The notes: generated by a model from the sequence alone, not told the origin. DNA of 64,000 nucleotides from Bdellovibrionota bacterium (GCA_050950765.1 JBMNIF010000002.1:832001-896000), one strand, 5' to 3'; shown: positions 10,164 to 20,488, counted from the first letter of the stretch. A program made the numbers and translations.

Positions 10164-10808
10164 CGTACCAGATCTGATTAATTCGGTTGTTGATTTAAAG
10201 CCCAGTTTTTTTAAGACCCGTGCTAAGTGCGCCTCAACTGTTCTTGAGCTGATAAACAGTTTTTTAGCTATGGCTCTATTAGGTAGCCCAGCTGCAAGGA
10301 GGAGGTAAACTTCACGTTCGCGCTTACTAAGTTTATCTAGAGGTAGATCGTTGGAGGTGTGAGGGGTACTATTTTTTTTATCCAACTCGTCAATAATATG
10401 TTGAAATTGTGGAGGAACGACCTTTTCCCCATCCATGACTCGATCGAGGGTGGCTATTAATTCTTCGGGAGTGAAGTCCTTAAGAACGTATCCCATAGCT
10501 CCAGCAGTGAGAGCTTGCTTTACCATTAACTCATCTTCATGTGTTGTTAGGACTACAATGGTTAGAGGAACCCCCCTCTCTTTTAATTCGTAAATAACTT
10601 CGATACCGGTTTTAGCGGGGAGTTCTATATCAAGTAAAAGGATGTCAGGACGTAATGTTTCTACCAGTTGCGTCGTGGCGTTGGCATCTTCTGTTTCCCC
10701 GATAACTTCGTAACGATCGCTTTCGTCCAGAATAGTTTTAATGTCGTGACGCACAAGAGTGTGGTCGTCAGCGATTATTATAGAAAAGCTTGGAGCATGA
10801 TGAATCAT
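10155..10808 (-). CDS. NarL/LuxR-family response regulator
   Basis: IIIADDH, LLLDIELP (phospho-Asp), GYVLK; C-terminal LSKREREV..GLPNRAIAKKLFISSRTVEAH HTH. Confidence 0.9.
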   Translation of the reverse strand: MIHHAPSFSIIIADDHTLVRHDIKTILDESDRYEVIGETEDANATTQLVETLRPDILLLDIELPAKTGIEVIYELKERGVPLTIVVLTTHEDELMVKQALTAGAMGYVLKDFTPEELIATLDRVMDGEKVVPPQFQHIIDELDKKNSTPHTSNDLPLDKLSKREREVYLLLAAGLPNRAIAKKLFISSRTVEAHLARVLKKLGFKSTTELIRSGTKK

Positions 10809-11087
10809 TTTTAGTACTTTTTAAAAGCTAACAATATTTTATTACATCAACCGCACAGCAGTGTATCTCTCTGTAATAATATTGTCAGTAAAAATATGTA
10901 TCCGGCGGATGATTGTAAAAATAATGTGTAAAAAGTTTAAACTCCCTTGATGTTAAACTATTGAGGATGCGAATGAGAAGGTATTTTATTGGCGCTAGTA
11001 TTTAATGTCTTGGAAATATTAAATAAAATAAAAAATGTGATGTTGCTGTAAAAAGTAGTGTCAGTATAATTCAGAATTGGAGTTTAG

Positions 11088-13262
11088 TTGGATCTTAAAA
11101 CGAATTTTCAAAATAAAACGGTAAGCTCGCCGATGATCTGTATAAAACAGGGGATTACATTTAAAATTAAAGGTGAGGGAACGGAGTTAACCCTTCCTCC
11201 TTCTGAAATAGTTGTAGCAGCAACGGAAGAAGCCTCTGTTTTGGTGTATAGCCTTGTAAAAGAGTTATCCGCCAATTCTTTAGGTGGTATTAAATCGTTA
11301 CAGTTGGAGCAGGCGCCGTATCGAAGAGACCTTCAAAATGCAACTCCTGTAACGGTTAGCGCTGGAGCATTTCCTATCGTTATCACTTCGGATCTGAAAG
11401 TTGATACCCTCGCAGGTGGAGGGGGGGAGGAGATATTTTTTCCAGCTGAAAGTGTAGGAACTTTGTTCGGTCTAGCAGAGGCGTTAAAAGGTGATTTCTT
11501 ACACAGGTCTGTGCCGTACTGCCCGTGTTGTGGGAAAGAATTAAAAAAAGAGTTTGATTTTGAGGATCTTTCGCACCTTTCAAGTGGAGTGCTTGCAATA
11601 ACATTTGAACTTTCCGTAGATGGTGCACTTTCTTTACGAGACGTCTTAGAGATGTTTGATCTTAATTACGTTGTAATTGATGGCAAACTACTACTGGTTG
11701 ATTCAGTTGAGGTAGAGCCGCTCCTCGAAAAACCTCTGAAAAAGATTAAAAAAGAGGTTTTAGCGGTAGCGCTAACGCAAGCCTTGCCGTTACAGGACAA
11801 GATAGGGGTATCGGAAAAGGTAAAAGAGCTTTTTAAAAGTGGTCTAAAACACCTTGAGTGTCTTTACTTTAAAACACGTCGAGATAAGGGAGAGAAGCTT
11901 TGTGCGATTACGCAGGAGCCGTACTGTTCGGATTGCGCAACTTTTGTGCAGGGAGTGGCAGAATCGCTACGTGAAAACGGTGCTAATTGCTGCTGGAGAC
12001 TTGATAATAAAGAGGTAGCTTATTTTAAGCAGGCTACGGTGGAAGAATTACTGTTATGGGATAAACGCTCTGAGGAGGATTCTCCGTATAAAAGTACGTT
12101 AAAATTACTTTCTGATTTAGGTTTTTCAACCCTGCCCCTTTCAAGTGAGGTGCTAAACCTTTCTCGTGGTGAAGTTGTAAGAGTTGCTTTAGGGGTGTTG
12201 TTAAGCCTTGACCTACACGATTGTATCGTAATTATTGATAGATCTTTTTCGCTTTTTACTTCGGAAGAAAGGGAAAAATATGCACAGATCTTAAGACAAT
12301 TTGTGTTAAACGGTAATACCTGTTTGGTGGTTGATGATGATGTGTGGAACAAAAAATTTTTTGATAAGGAGCTTCTTTTTGATGGTGCTGTTTGGAAGGT
12401 AGCTCCTATCTCTCAAAAAAAATCTCAAAAAAATCCACTTAAGAAAGAGATCATAACACTTAATTCTAAAGGTGCATTCTTGGAAAAAATTCAACAAGGA
12501 GAGGTGATAGCTCTTTGTGGTGCGTCGGGAGGAGGGAAAACGACACTCCTTAACGCCATAAGTGTAGGTGATGATGCGCTACTTCAGAAATTTCATAAGA
12601 TAGAGGCTCCGTATCAAGATAGTGCCAAAGGTAAAACATTGATTGAAATGGCAGGGCTCTCAGATAAGATTGCGGAGAGGTATGCTGCAACTCTAGCGGC
12701 GAGGGTGGCGGGGCTATTAAAGCAGGACTTTTTGCTGGGCAGAGGTCGCTTTGTATGCCCCGTTTGTCAAGGAAGAGGGGTGTCGGAGTCGATCCTAAGT
12801 GGAGGGGTTACGCCTTGTGGGCGGTGTTTGGGAGGTGGATTTACTGAGGGTGTGCAAAGTGTGCAGTTAAACGGGAAAAATATCGCAGAAGTTTTAAATT
12901 ATACTGTAAAAGAGGCGACCTCATTTTTTGCGGATAGCCCTGATATCTATAATAAACTTAAGGGGCTATCTTACTTAGGTTTTGGCGATTTTTGTTTAAA
13001 AACGCCCCGTCTTGTTTTATCATATTGTGAAACACTCAGAATCTCTCTGGTAAATGCTATTTTTAAGAAGAGAGTTAAAAAATCATCTACCTTATTCCTT
13101 TTAGATGATATGCTTTCGGGGTTGTCGCTTAAAAAGTTAGAGGAGGCATCCTTATTTCTTAAGAAGGTGACACAAAAAGGGGATACCGTAGTTATGGTAA
13201 GTAATCGTGGTATCGGTGTGGCGGATGCGGTGTATCGAGTTGAGTATGTAGGGGATAGATAA
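11088..13262 (+). CDS. Divergent UvrA-like ABC ATPase-fold protein
   Basis: CPCC/CSDC, LSRGEVVRV, GASGGGKTT, CPVCQGRG..CGRCLG zinc finger, GKNIAEVL, LSYCETLRI, LLDDMLSGL. Confidence 0.7.
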   Translation: MDLKTNFQNKTVSSPMICIKQGITFKIKGEGTELTLPPSEIVVAATEEASVLVYSLVKELSANSLGGIKSLQLEQAPYRRDLQNATPVTVSAGAFPIVITSDLKVDTLAGGGGEEIFFPAESVGTLFGLAEALKGDFLHRSVPYCPCCGKELKKEFDFEDLSHLSSGVLAITFELSVDGALSLRDVLEMFDLNYVVIDGKLLLVDSVEVEPLLEKPLKKIKKEVLAVALTQALPLQDKIGVSEKVKELFKSGLKHLECLYFKTRRDKGEKLCAITQEPYCSDCATFVQGVAESLRENGANCCWRLDNKEVAYFKQATVEELLLWDKRSEEDSPYKSTLKLLSDLGFSTLPLSSEVLNLSRGEVVRVALGVLLSLDLHDCIVIIDRSFSLFTSEEREKYAQILRQFVLNGNTCLVVDDDVWNKKFFDKELLFDGAVWKVAPISQKKSQKNPLKKEIITLNSKGAFLEKIQQGEVIALCGASGGGKTTLLNAISVGDDALLQKFHKIEAPYQDSAKGKTLIEMAGLSDKIAERYAATLAARVAGLLKQDFLLGRGRFVCPVCQGRGVSESILSGGVTPCGRCLGGGFTEGVQSVQLNGKNIAEVLNYTVKEATSFFADSPDIYNKLKGLSYLGFGDFCLKTPRLVLSYCETLRISLVNAIFKKRVKKSSTLFLLDDMLSGLSLKKLEEASLFLKKVTQKGDTVVMVSNRGIGVADAVYRVEYVGDR

Positions 13263-13377
13263 CGAACGTTTTTATGTCGCCATATTTTTTAGATGTGGTG
13301 CGGATCTTTGAGACCTCTTTTAGATGCACAGTGGCTTGGAGTACAAAGCGTGTTGAGGAGACGTTCTTTGTAGTTAA

Positions 13378-14292
13378 ATGGAGACCGTTTATATGAAAAG
13401 AAGAAAGAATAAGAAGGTTCTTAAATCACGTTTGGCTAGGAGTGAGATGCGGGAGATGTTGTATCACGGCAGGTATGTTTTACCGAATGCCGTGACGGTC
13501 GGGAATATGTTTTTCGGTTTTTTGGCTATTATTTATGCAACATCAGGGCGCTTTGATAAGGCGACTTTAGCAATTATCGCTGCTATTATCTTTGATGGGT
13601 TTGATGGCAGGGTGGCACGTAGGTTTAATGCTACTAGTAGGTTCGGCTTAGAGTTTGATTCTCTTGCAGATCTAGTTTCTTTCGGTGTTGCACCAGCGAT
13701 CTTAATGTATCAGTGGTGCTTTCAAAAGATGGCGGATGAGTTCGGTGTCTTGGTTTGTTTTATCTATTGTGTTGGAGCAGCTAGTCGTTTAGCACGGTTT
13801 AATGTTACGGAAACAAACTTGCGCGCCTTTGAAGGACTACCATCTCCGGCAGCTGCCGGTATCGTTGCAGCTGTGGTGTTTGCTACACCTGGGTTTATTC
13901 CAGATGCAAGGTGGCATGTTATGGCTTGTGCGACTTTAATGGTGCTGGTCGGATATTTGATGGTTTCAAGGATAGAATATTTCAGCATTAAACAGTTAAA
14001 AGTGAGGCAGATGCCGACCTTTGTTTTGCTTGCTGTGGCTGCTGTGATCGGTGTGATCTGGTATGAGCCCCGAATTCTAGCACTCATTATTTTCGGTGGT
14101 TATTGTTTAAGTGGACTTGTTGGGGTGTTGTTTAAAGCAGTCGCTACAAGAAAGGTAAAAAAAGAGGTAGTTCCTTCAGTAGAAGTGGTAGAGGTTATAG
14201 AAACACCGACCATAGTAAGTTTAGAGAAGCTACAAGGTAATCCTAAAGGTGAAGATCTTTTAGTGGAGGGGAAGAAAGAGTCTAAGGTTTAG
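13378..14292 (+). CDS. pssA: CDP-diacylglycerol--serine O-phosphatidyltransferase
   Basis: LPNAVTVGN, DGFDGRVAR..TSRFGLEFDSLADLVSFGVAPA, RLARFN, FEGLPSP. Confidence 0.9.
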   Translation: METVYMKRRKNKKVLKSRLARSEMREMLYHGRYVLPNAVTVGNMFFGFLAIIYATSGRFDKATLAIIAAIIFDGFDGRVARRFNATSRFGLEFDSLADLVSFGVAPAILMYQWCFQKMADEFGVLVCFIYCVGAASRLARFNVTETNLRAFEGLPSPAAAGIVAAVVFATPGFIPDARWHVMACATLMVLVGYLMVSRIEYFSIKQLKVRQMPTFVLLAVAAVIGVIWYEPRILALIIFGGYCLSGLVGVLFKAVATRKVKKEVVPSVEVVEVIETPTIVSLEKLQGNPKGEDLLVEGKKESKV

Positions 14293-14316
14293 GTTATTAA
14301 GTAAAAAGCGTTTTTT

Positions 14317-14451
14317 TTAAGAAGCTTTTTTATCCTGATATTGTTGTGCTGAACGGTGCCCAGTAAGGTCTTTTTTGTTAAGGAAAAAGATACCTTTTAG
14401 GAAGCTTTTTTATCCTGATATCGTTGTGCCGAACGGTGCCCTGTCAGGTCT
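14317..14451. repeat. Diverged duplicate (80-bp period) of the last ~55 nt of the methyltransferase gene
   Basis: GAAGCTTTTTTATCCTGATAT.GTTGTGC.GAACGGTGCCC.GT.AGGTCT at 14321 and 14401. Confidence 0.85.
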
Positions 14452-15077
14452 AGGGTGTAGACATGGATGGGGAGCATATTTGTCCAGATACTTTTTTTAT
14501 TAATTAGGTAAGGCATCCACTCTTTTTTAATGTAGCGCATAACACCGGAGATGCGTTGCCTCTGATTGTGTAACGGCGACATCTTTTTGGCATCACCTAA
14601 AACTATATATTCATAGTAACTCATCCAAGCTCCGTCTTCAGCGAGACGTTCAGCTTTTTCAAAGATCTCTTTTGTGATGGTGTTATCAAAATTATTAAAC
14701 GGTACGGCACAGACAACAGCATTAAAAGTTTTATCTTCCGGCATCTCTTGTACCGCTCCCAAAAAGAAGTGAACTCTTGAAGCGTGTTTCTGATAATACG
14801 GATTTTGTGCCAGTCGCTCTTTTAAACACTTCATTAAACGGGGATTGATTTCGCAAAGTGTAAGGGAGTCTTTCTCCGTCATCTGCTCAAGTAAAACAAC
14901 GGTTATGGAGCCCGTACCTGGACCGATCTCTAAAATGGAACGAGAACCTCTAATGTGATGTATAGGAGCGCTTAAAGCGAGTGCTGCCTTTCGGCTAGTT
15001 GGCCAAAAAGATCCGGTAGTCTTAAAGTTTCTAAAACATTCAGAAAAGAAAACGAGATTATCTTTTAACATTTGCAC
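14397..15077 (-). CDS. Class I SAM methyltransferase, phospholipid/ornithine-lipid N-methyltransferase (PmtA/OlsG)-like
   Basis: TGSFWPTS, ILEIGPGTGSIT, CEIN, VVCAVPF, YEY, NMLP. Confidence 0.7.
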   Translation of the reverse strand: MQMLKDNLVFFSECFRNFKTTGSFWPTSRKAALALSAPIHHIRGSRSILEIGPGTGSITVVLLEQMTEKDSLTLCEINPRLMKCLKERLAQNPYYQKHASRVHFFLGAVQEMPEDKTFNAVVCAVPFNNFDNTITKEIFEKAERLAEDGAWMSYYEYIVLGDAKKMSPLHNQRQRISGVMRYIKKEWMPYLINKKSIWTNMLPIHVYTLDLTGHRSAQRYQDKKAS

Positions 15078-15448
15078 TCAGTATTGAAGAGATCTTAGTC
15101 TATAAGACGAACACTATAAGATCCTACTGCTTTATCTATTCCAATTCAAGTTTATTGCAGCTCTGTTTTCGAGTGAGAGGTTGGGTAAGGGGTTGATTCT
15201 ACAAAGTAAGTAGTTAAATCTCTTTTAATAATTAGAGGTATTAAGAAATAAGATCTTAAGTTTTTTTCAGCAAAGTCAGTAGCTTTAAACCTAAAATAAA
15301 AAGTTGTAGATTGGGGTAGTAAAATTTTTCGCTTCTTTGATGGAGTTGTGTGAATTTATAACAACAGCTAAAGATATCGCGAGGTGAGAGGTCAGGACGA
15401 CATTCCGCCTACACCTTATTATTATTTATTGCAATTTGGGGTTTTAGT

Positions 15449-17029
15449 ATGACACAGAAGATAGATTGGGAGTTGTTCAAGGCGTTGTATTGGCATTGTC
15501 CTTCAATGCAGATCGGTTTTGATATCTCACGCATGGGTGTGGGGAGTGATTATTTTGACGGCAAAAAAGATCAAGTTGCAGCAGCGATTTCAGCCATGAA
15601 AGATCTTGAAAGTGGTGCTATCGCTAATCCTGATGAAAAGCGCATGGTAGGGCATTACTGGTTGAGGAATGCAGATTTAGCGCCTAGTGCAGATCTTAGA
15701 GATGAAATAAAGAAAACTTTTTGTGATGTAAAACAATTTGCAACTGATGTTAGGGCAGGAAAGATTAAAGCTGCGGCAGGAAATTATACCGATGTGCTAC
15801 ATATCGGTATCGGCGGCTCCGCTTTGGGACCACAATTTATCCATGATGCGCTTGGCGGAGATCGTGTTTTAAAGATGCACTTTATCGATAACACAGATCC
15901 GGATGGTGTTTTAAAGGTGCTTTCTGAGATCCCTGATCTTAGTAGAACTTTGGTTGTTGTAGTTTCAAAATCAGGGGGCACTAAAGAGACACGCAACGGA
16001 CAACTTTTGGTGCAGGCAGCATTTAAAAAAGCGGGATTGGATTATAGCAAGTCCTTTGTGGCAGTGACCGGTGTTGGTAGCGCTCTGGATAAAACTGCTG
16101 TGGCAGAGGGGTGGTTAGCACGTTTCCCGATGTGGGATTGGGTCGGTGGCAGAACAAGTTTGTGGAGTGCCGTTGGATTACTACCAGCAGCTCTGGAAGG
16201 GATCGATATTGCAGCTTTACTTTCAGGTGCCGCCGCTATGGATGTTGCTACCCGAGAAGCGAGTGCACTAAAAAATCCTGCTATTATGTTGGCATTAATG
16301 TGGTGCAGAGGTGCTGCTGAAGGAAAGGCTATGGTGGTGTTGCCGTATAAAGACCGGTTGATGTTTCTTAGCCGTTATCTGCAGCAATTAGTTATGGAGA
16401 GTCTTGGAAAGGAGTTTGACCTTGATGGGAAGACTGTTAATCAAGGCTTAACAGTTTATGGGAATAAGGGCTCCACCGATCAACACGCTTATGTGCAGCA
16501 GTTGCGAGAAGGCCCGAATAACTTTTTCACCCTTTTTATCTCTGTTTTAAATGACCTTTGTGGAGAAGGTGGTGCGGAGATCGGAGGTATGGAGGTGGAG
16601 CCGGAGGTTACTTCAGGTGATTTCTTATTGGGATTCTTATTAGGTACAAGAGAAGCTCTATCAGAAAAGGGGAGGCAGAGTATGACGTTGTCTCTACCAA
16701 CTGTGGATGCAAAAAATGTCGGTGCCTTACTGGCGCTTTTTGAGAGGGCTGTCGGCTTTTATGCTTCTTTCGTGAATATCAATGCCTATCATCAACCAGG
16801 GGTAGAAGCTGGTAAAAAGGCGGCAGGTTCAGTCTTGGAAACGCAGGTGCGAATACTGGAAACGTTAAAAGGTTCTTCAGAGCCGCTAAGTGTTGAGGAG
16901 TTGGCTAAACGCCTAAATATGCAGGGTGATGAAGATATTATCTTTGCTATCGTACGCCATCTGGCGGGAAATAAACGGATAAAAGTTCAGGCAGGGGTGG
17001 CGGTTACGGAGGATCGTTATTCTTTTTGA
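15449..17029 (+). CDS. pgi: Glucose-6-phosphate isomerase
   Basis: GIGGSALGP, SKSGGTKET, DWVGGRTS, LQQLVMESLGK, GSTDQH, AYHQPGVEAGK. Confidence 0.95.
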   Translation: MTQKIDWELFKALYWHCPSMQIGFDISRMGVGSDYFDGKKDQVAAAISAMKDLESGAIANPDEKRMVGHYWLRNADLAPSADLRDEIKKTFCDVKQFATDVRAGKIKAAAGNYTDVLHIGIGGSALGPQFIHDALGGDRVLKMHFIDNTDPDGVLKVLSEIPDLSRTLVVVVSKSGGTKETRNGQLLVQAAFKKAGLDYSKSFVAVTGVGSALDKTAVAEGWLARFPMWDWVGGRTSLWSAVGLLPAALEGIDIAALLSGAAAMDVATREASALKNPAIMLALMWCRGAAEGKAMVVLPYKDRLMFLSRYLQQLVMESLGKEFDLDGKTVNQGLTVYGNKGSTDQHAYVQQLREGPNNFFTLFISVLNDLCGEGGAEIGGMEVEPEVTSGDFLLGFLLGTREALSEKGRQSMTLSLPTVDAKNVGALLALFERAVGFYASFVNINAYHQPGVEAGKKAAGSVLETQVRILETLKGSSEPLSVEELAKRLNMQGDEDIIFAIVRHLAGNKRIKVQAGVAVTEDRYSF

Positions 17030-17033
17030 TGCT

Positions 17034-17060
17034 TAAGGAGATGCGATAATTTGCCGATAC
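17034..17060 (+). promoter_or_regulatory. sigma28 (FliA)-like promoter
   Basis: TAAG(17034-37)-N15-GCCGATAC(17053-60), 40 bp upstream of ATG 17101. Confidence 0.6.
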
Positions 17061-17100
17061 TGTAAATACCTTTATAAAAGATAAAGAAGGTTTGCAGGTA

Positions 17101-18060
17101 ATGGAAAAGAAGTTTTTAACGGCGAATTCAAATACTCAAAAGGTTTTATATCAAGCAGAGAAAGCAGCTCGTGTTGATACCTCTATCCTGATTCTTGGAG
17201 AGAGTGGAACAGGGAAGGAGTTGTTAGCACGCCAGATCCACAGTTGCAGTCAAAGACACGCTAAGCCGTTTGTGGCATTAAATTGTGCGGCAGTACCGGA
17301 GGGGCTTTTAGAGAGTGAGTTGTTCGGATATGAGGAGGGCGCTTTTACAGGTGCAACTGAGAAGAGGATAGGGATCTTTGAATACGCTTCGGAAGGAACG
17401 ATCTTTTTTGATGAGATCGCTGATATACCGCCGTTGGTACAGGTTAAGCTTTTAAGAGCTTTGCAGGAAAATGAGATAAAGAGGCTTGGTAGTAACAGAA
17501 CGATTAAAGTTAATCCGAGAATTATCTCAGCAACGGCGCATAATCTGGAGGATGCTTTAAGATCTGCTCAAATTAGAGAGGATTTTTATTATCGTCTGGC
17601 AGTTGTTACATTACAGATCCCTCCTTTAAGAGAGCGTCCGGAAGATGTCGATCTATTGTCGCAACATTTTATTGAAAAATTTGCGCGTGAGATGAATAAG
17701 AGAAATTTAAAACTTTCTAAGGGGGCAAAAGAGCTTTTACAGCAGTATGCTTGGATCGGGAATGTTAGAGAATTAGAAAATGTGATCGAGCGAGCGGCGG
17801 TTCTCTCTGATGGTGTTATTGATCGAGATAAGATAGAGGGTGGATTAAAGCTTGATCTCGATACTATCGGAGAAGCTTCCTACAATTTACGGGCAATTGC
17901 TGCTGAAGCAGCTAAGCGGGCTGAAATAGAGCTAATTTTACGCACACTTAATCAAACATCAGGAAATAAAGCGAAGGCAGCAAGATTATTAGGAATAAGT
18001 TACAAAACATTGCTGAACAAAGTAAAAGAATATGAGATAACTTCTCCGGCAGCGTTCTGA
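17101..18060 (+). CDS. sigma54-dependent enhancer-binding protein (AAA+ plus Fis HTH) without N-terminal sensor domain
   Basis: GESGTGKE, ESELFG, GAFTGA, FFDEI, REDFYYRL, WIGNVREL, GNKAKAARLLGIS; the AAA domain begins within ~10 aa of the start. Confidence 0.9.
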   Translation: MEKKFLTANSNTQKVLYQAEKAARVDTSILILGESGTGKELLARQIHSCSQRHAKPFVALNCAAVPEGLLESELFGYEEGAFTGATEKRIGIFEYASEGTIFFDEIADIPPLVQVKLLRALQENEIKRLGSNRTIKVNPRIISATAHNLEDALRSAQIREDFYYRLAVVTLQIPPLRERPEDVDLLSQHFIEKFAREMNKRNLKLSKGAKELLQQYAWIGNVRELENVIERAAVLSDGVIDRDKIEGGLKLDLDTIGEASYNLRAIAAEAAKRAEIELILRTLNQTSGNKAKAARLLGISYKTLLNKVKEYEITSPAAF

Positions 18061-18134
18061 TCTTTTTAAAACGCTGAAAAATATCTAGAATAAAAATAGT
18101 ACAAAGATAATTATTTAAAAGTGAGGAAAGGGCT

Positions 18135-19469
18135 ATGGGGGCTGAACTTGTAGCGTTGGCGGTGTGTGGTGTTGTATCAGTGATAACGTTGGCACTGTTA
18201 ATTGTTTGTTTGGTAAAGATTAACGCTCTCTCTAAAGGGAAGGGTGATACAGAGATCGTTACTGAAGTGCAAAATATTTTACTTAGAGAGTTTAAGGGAA
18301 GTCGGGAAGAGTTAGCATCTTCTTTAAAAGATAATAGGACTGAGTTCTCTGATAGTCTGAATAAATTAAGTCTTAGGGTAGAGAATAAGTTAGATCAAAA
18401 TAGTGAGAGCATGAATAAAAATGCTAGGGAAAATAGGGAAGATCTAATTAACGGATTAAAAAATTTTGGCGAAGTTTTTTCTACGAATGTTAAAGAGTTT
18501 AATGAACTGCAGAGGCAGAAGTTTGATCAGATGACGCAAAGACAGGAAGACTTGGTTAAAACAACTGAAGAAAAGCTGGAAAAGATGCGTGAAACTGTGG
18601 ATGAAAAACTACACAAAACTTTGGAAGAGCGTTTGGGGCAATCCTTTAAGTTGGTCAGCGAGCGCTTGGAAGCTGTTCAAAAAGGGTTGGGAGAGATGCA
18701 GACTCTAGCTAGTGGAGTGGGTGATTTAAAGAAAGTTTTAAGTAATGTTAAGACTCGTGGTGTTTTGGGAGAGATCCAATTGGGTAGCATCCTCGAAGAG
18801 ATTATGGCTCCCGATCAATATGAAGCAAATGTAAGAACGAAGGTCGGATCTAATGATTTAGTTGAATTCGCTGTAAAGCTACCTGCTAAAGATGGAGAGG
18901 GCGGCAGTATTTATCTACCGATTGATGCTAAGTTTCCGCAGGAGGATTATCTCAGGCTGCAGGATGCTTATGAAAATGGCGATAAAGAGGGGGCAGAAGG
19001 TGCTAAGAAAGCGTTAGCCTCTTCCATAAGAAAGTTTGCGAAAGATATTTACACTAAATATATCGACCCGCCGCACACTACTGATTTCGGAATTATGTTT
19101 TTACCAATCGAAGGGCTCTTTGCGGAGGTGGTGCGCCAACCAGATCTCTTAGCAGAGTTGCAGCGGGAGTATAAGATCATTGCAACAGGTCCAACCACGT
19201 TAGCTGCTATTTTAAATAGTTTGCAGATGGGATTTAAGACCTTAGCAATTCAAAAGCGTACCAGTGAAGTTTGGCGTGTGTTAGGTTCTGTTAAGACGGA
19301 GTTCGGTAAGTTCGGAGATGTTTTAGCAAAAGCGCAAAAGAAAATTAACGAAGCTAATAAAGAATTGGATGATTTAGTTGGAAAAAGAACACGGCAGATT
19401 ATCAGGAATTTGAAAAAAGTTGAGCAGTTGCCCACCGATTCTGAAACTCCTGTTATAGGTGAAGAGTAA
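18135..19469 (+). CDS. rmuC: DNA recombination protein RmuC
   Basis: N-terminal TM, coiled coil, KTRGVLGEIQL, LPIDAKFP, KYIDPPHTTDFGIMFLP, GPTTLAA. Confidence 0.92.
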   Translation: MGAELVALAVCGVVSVITLALLIVCLVKINALSKGKGDTEIVTEVQNILLREFKGSREELASSLKDNRTEFSDSLNKLSLRVENKLDQNSESMNKNARENREDLINGLKNFGEVFSTNVKEFNELQRQKFDQMTQRQEDLVKTTEEKLEKMRETVDEKLHKTLEERLGQSFKLVSERLEAVQKGLGEMQTLASGVGDLKKVLSNVKTRGVLGEIQLGSILEEIMAPDQYEANVRTKVGSNDLVEFAVKLPAKDGEGGSIYLPIDAKFPQEDYLRLQDAYENGDKEGAEGAKKALASSIRKFAKDIYTKYIDPPHTTDFGIMFLPIEGLFAEVVRQPDLLAELQREYKIIATGPTTLAAILNSLQMGFKTLAIQKRTSEVWRVLGSVKTEFGKFGDVLAKAQKKINEANKELDDLVGKRTRQIIRNLKKVEQLPTDSETPVIGEE

Positions 19470-19501
19470 CGTCTTGTTGCCGTATAAAGAGGGGTGGCTA
19501 G

Positions 19502-20035
19502 ATGGATAAAAATGCTAAAATTGTAAAAGACTCTGAAATTTTCACGTCCGTAGTTTTTAAATTAGTTAAGCGGGTAGTTGCGCTAGGAGAGAAAACATTT
19601 TTTAGAGATATCGTTCTTCATCCAGGTGCTGTTGTGATTATTCCGCAAGATGAGAACGGTCGACTTGGTATGGTGAGGCAGTATCGTGCTGCATTGGGGG
19701 AGGTTATTTTAGAGTTCCCCGCCGGAACGTTGGAAAAGGGGGAGGCTCCGTTAACTTGCGCCAAAAGAGAGTTAATTGAAGAGGTGAAAAAGTGCGCAGC
19801 AGAGTGGATAGATCTCGGAACGTTGTATCCGTCACCAGGGATCTCAAGTGAGGTGCAGTATTGTTATTTAGCGCGGTCTTTAAAAACGGAGTATGCCGAC
19901 CTTGATGAGGATGAGTTGCTTGATGTGGAGTATCATAGTGTGGAGGAGGTCGAGCGATTTATCTTGAGCGGGGATCTAAACGATGCAAAAAGTCTCGCGA
20001 TCTTTATGCGAGCAAGGCTCTTAAAACTCCTTTAA
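19502..20035 (+). CDS. Nudix hydrolase (ADP-ribose pyrophosphatase-like)
   Basis: HPGAV, RQYR, LEFPAGTLEKGE..CAKRELIEE, YPSPG, DAKS. Confidence 0.88.
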   Translation: MDKNAKIVKDSEIFTSVVFKLVKRVVALGEKTFFRDIVLHPGAVVIIPQDENGRLGMVRQYRAALGEVILEFPAGTLEKGEAPLTCAKRELIEEVKKCAAEWIDLGTLYPSPGISSEVQYCYLARSLKTEYADLDEDELLDVEYHSVEEVERFILSGDLNDAKSLAIFMRARLLKLL

Positions 20036-20040
20036 GGTGG

Positions 20041-20070
20041 GGTGTTAAAGGGTGAGCACTTTTTAACACC
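20041..20070 (+). terminator. Hairpin after the nudix gene
   Basis: GGTGTTAAA...TTTAACACC. Confidence 0.4.
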
Positions 20071-20488
20071 AGATCTTCTTTTTAGAAAACCTAAAGATGG
20101 TGGCAATAAAACAGAACTATGTTCTATCAGAGCCGGTTTATCTTAAAATGCTTTCACATTTTATTAACGAGTATATGAGAGATATCTGTGGCACCGATAT
20201 TAGGGGTGACTGTGTAGTTTTACGTCGTAGGGGGAAGGGTGTTGTGCATCAATAATATGGATTATCTAACGGCTTCGAAAGTAAATATTTATGGTTTCGA
20301 TGATGTTTTAATAATGGTATTAGATCGTTGCGCCTTTTTATGTTGTTCAGGGTTTAGATTGTTGGGCGTTCGGGTGTGATGTTTGTTTCCCTTGTCCTGT
20401 TATAGATGCTGTTTTTATATCTGTGTGGGATCTTTTGTAAGTTTTAAGAAACTTATGTCGTGCACTTTACATCTCAAGTGTGTTGTAG

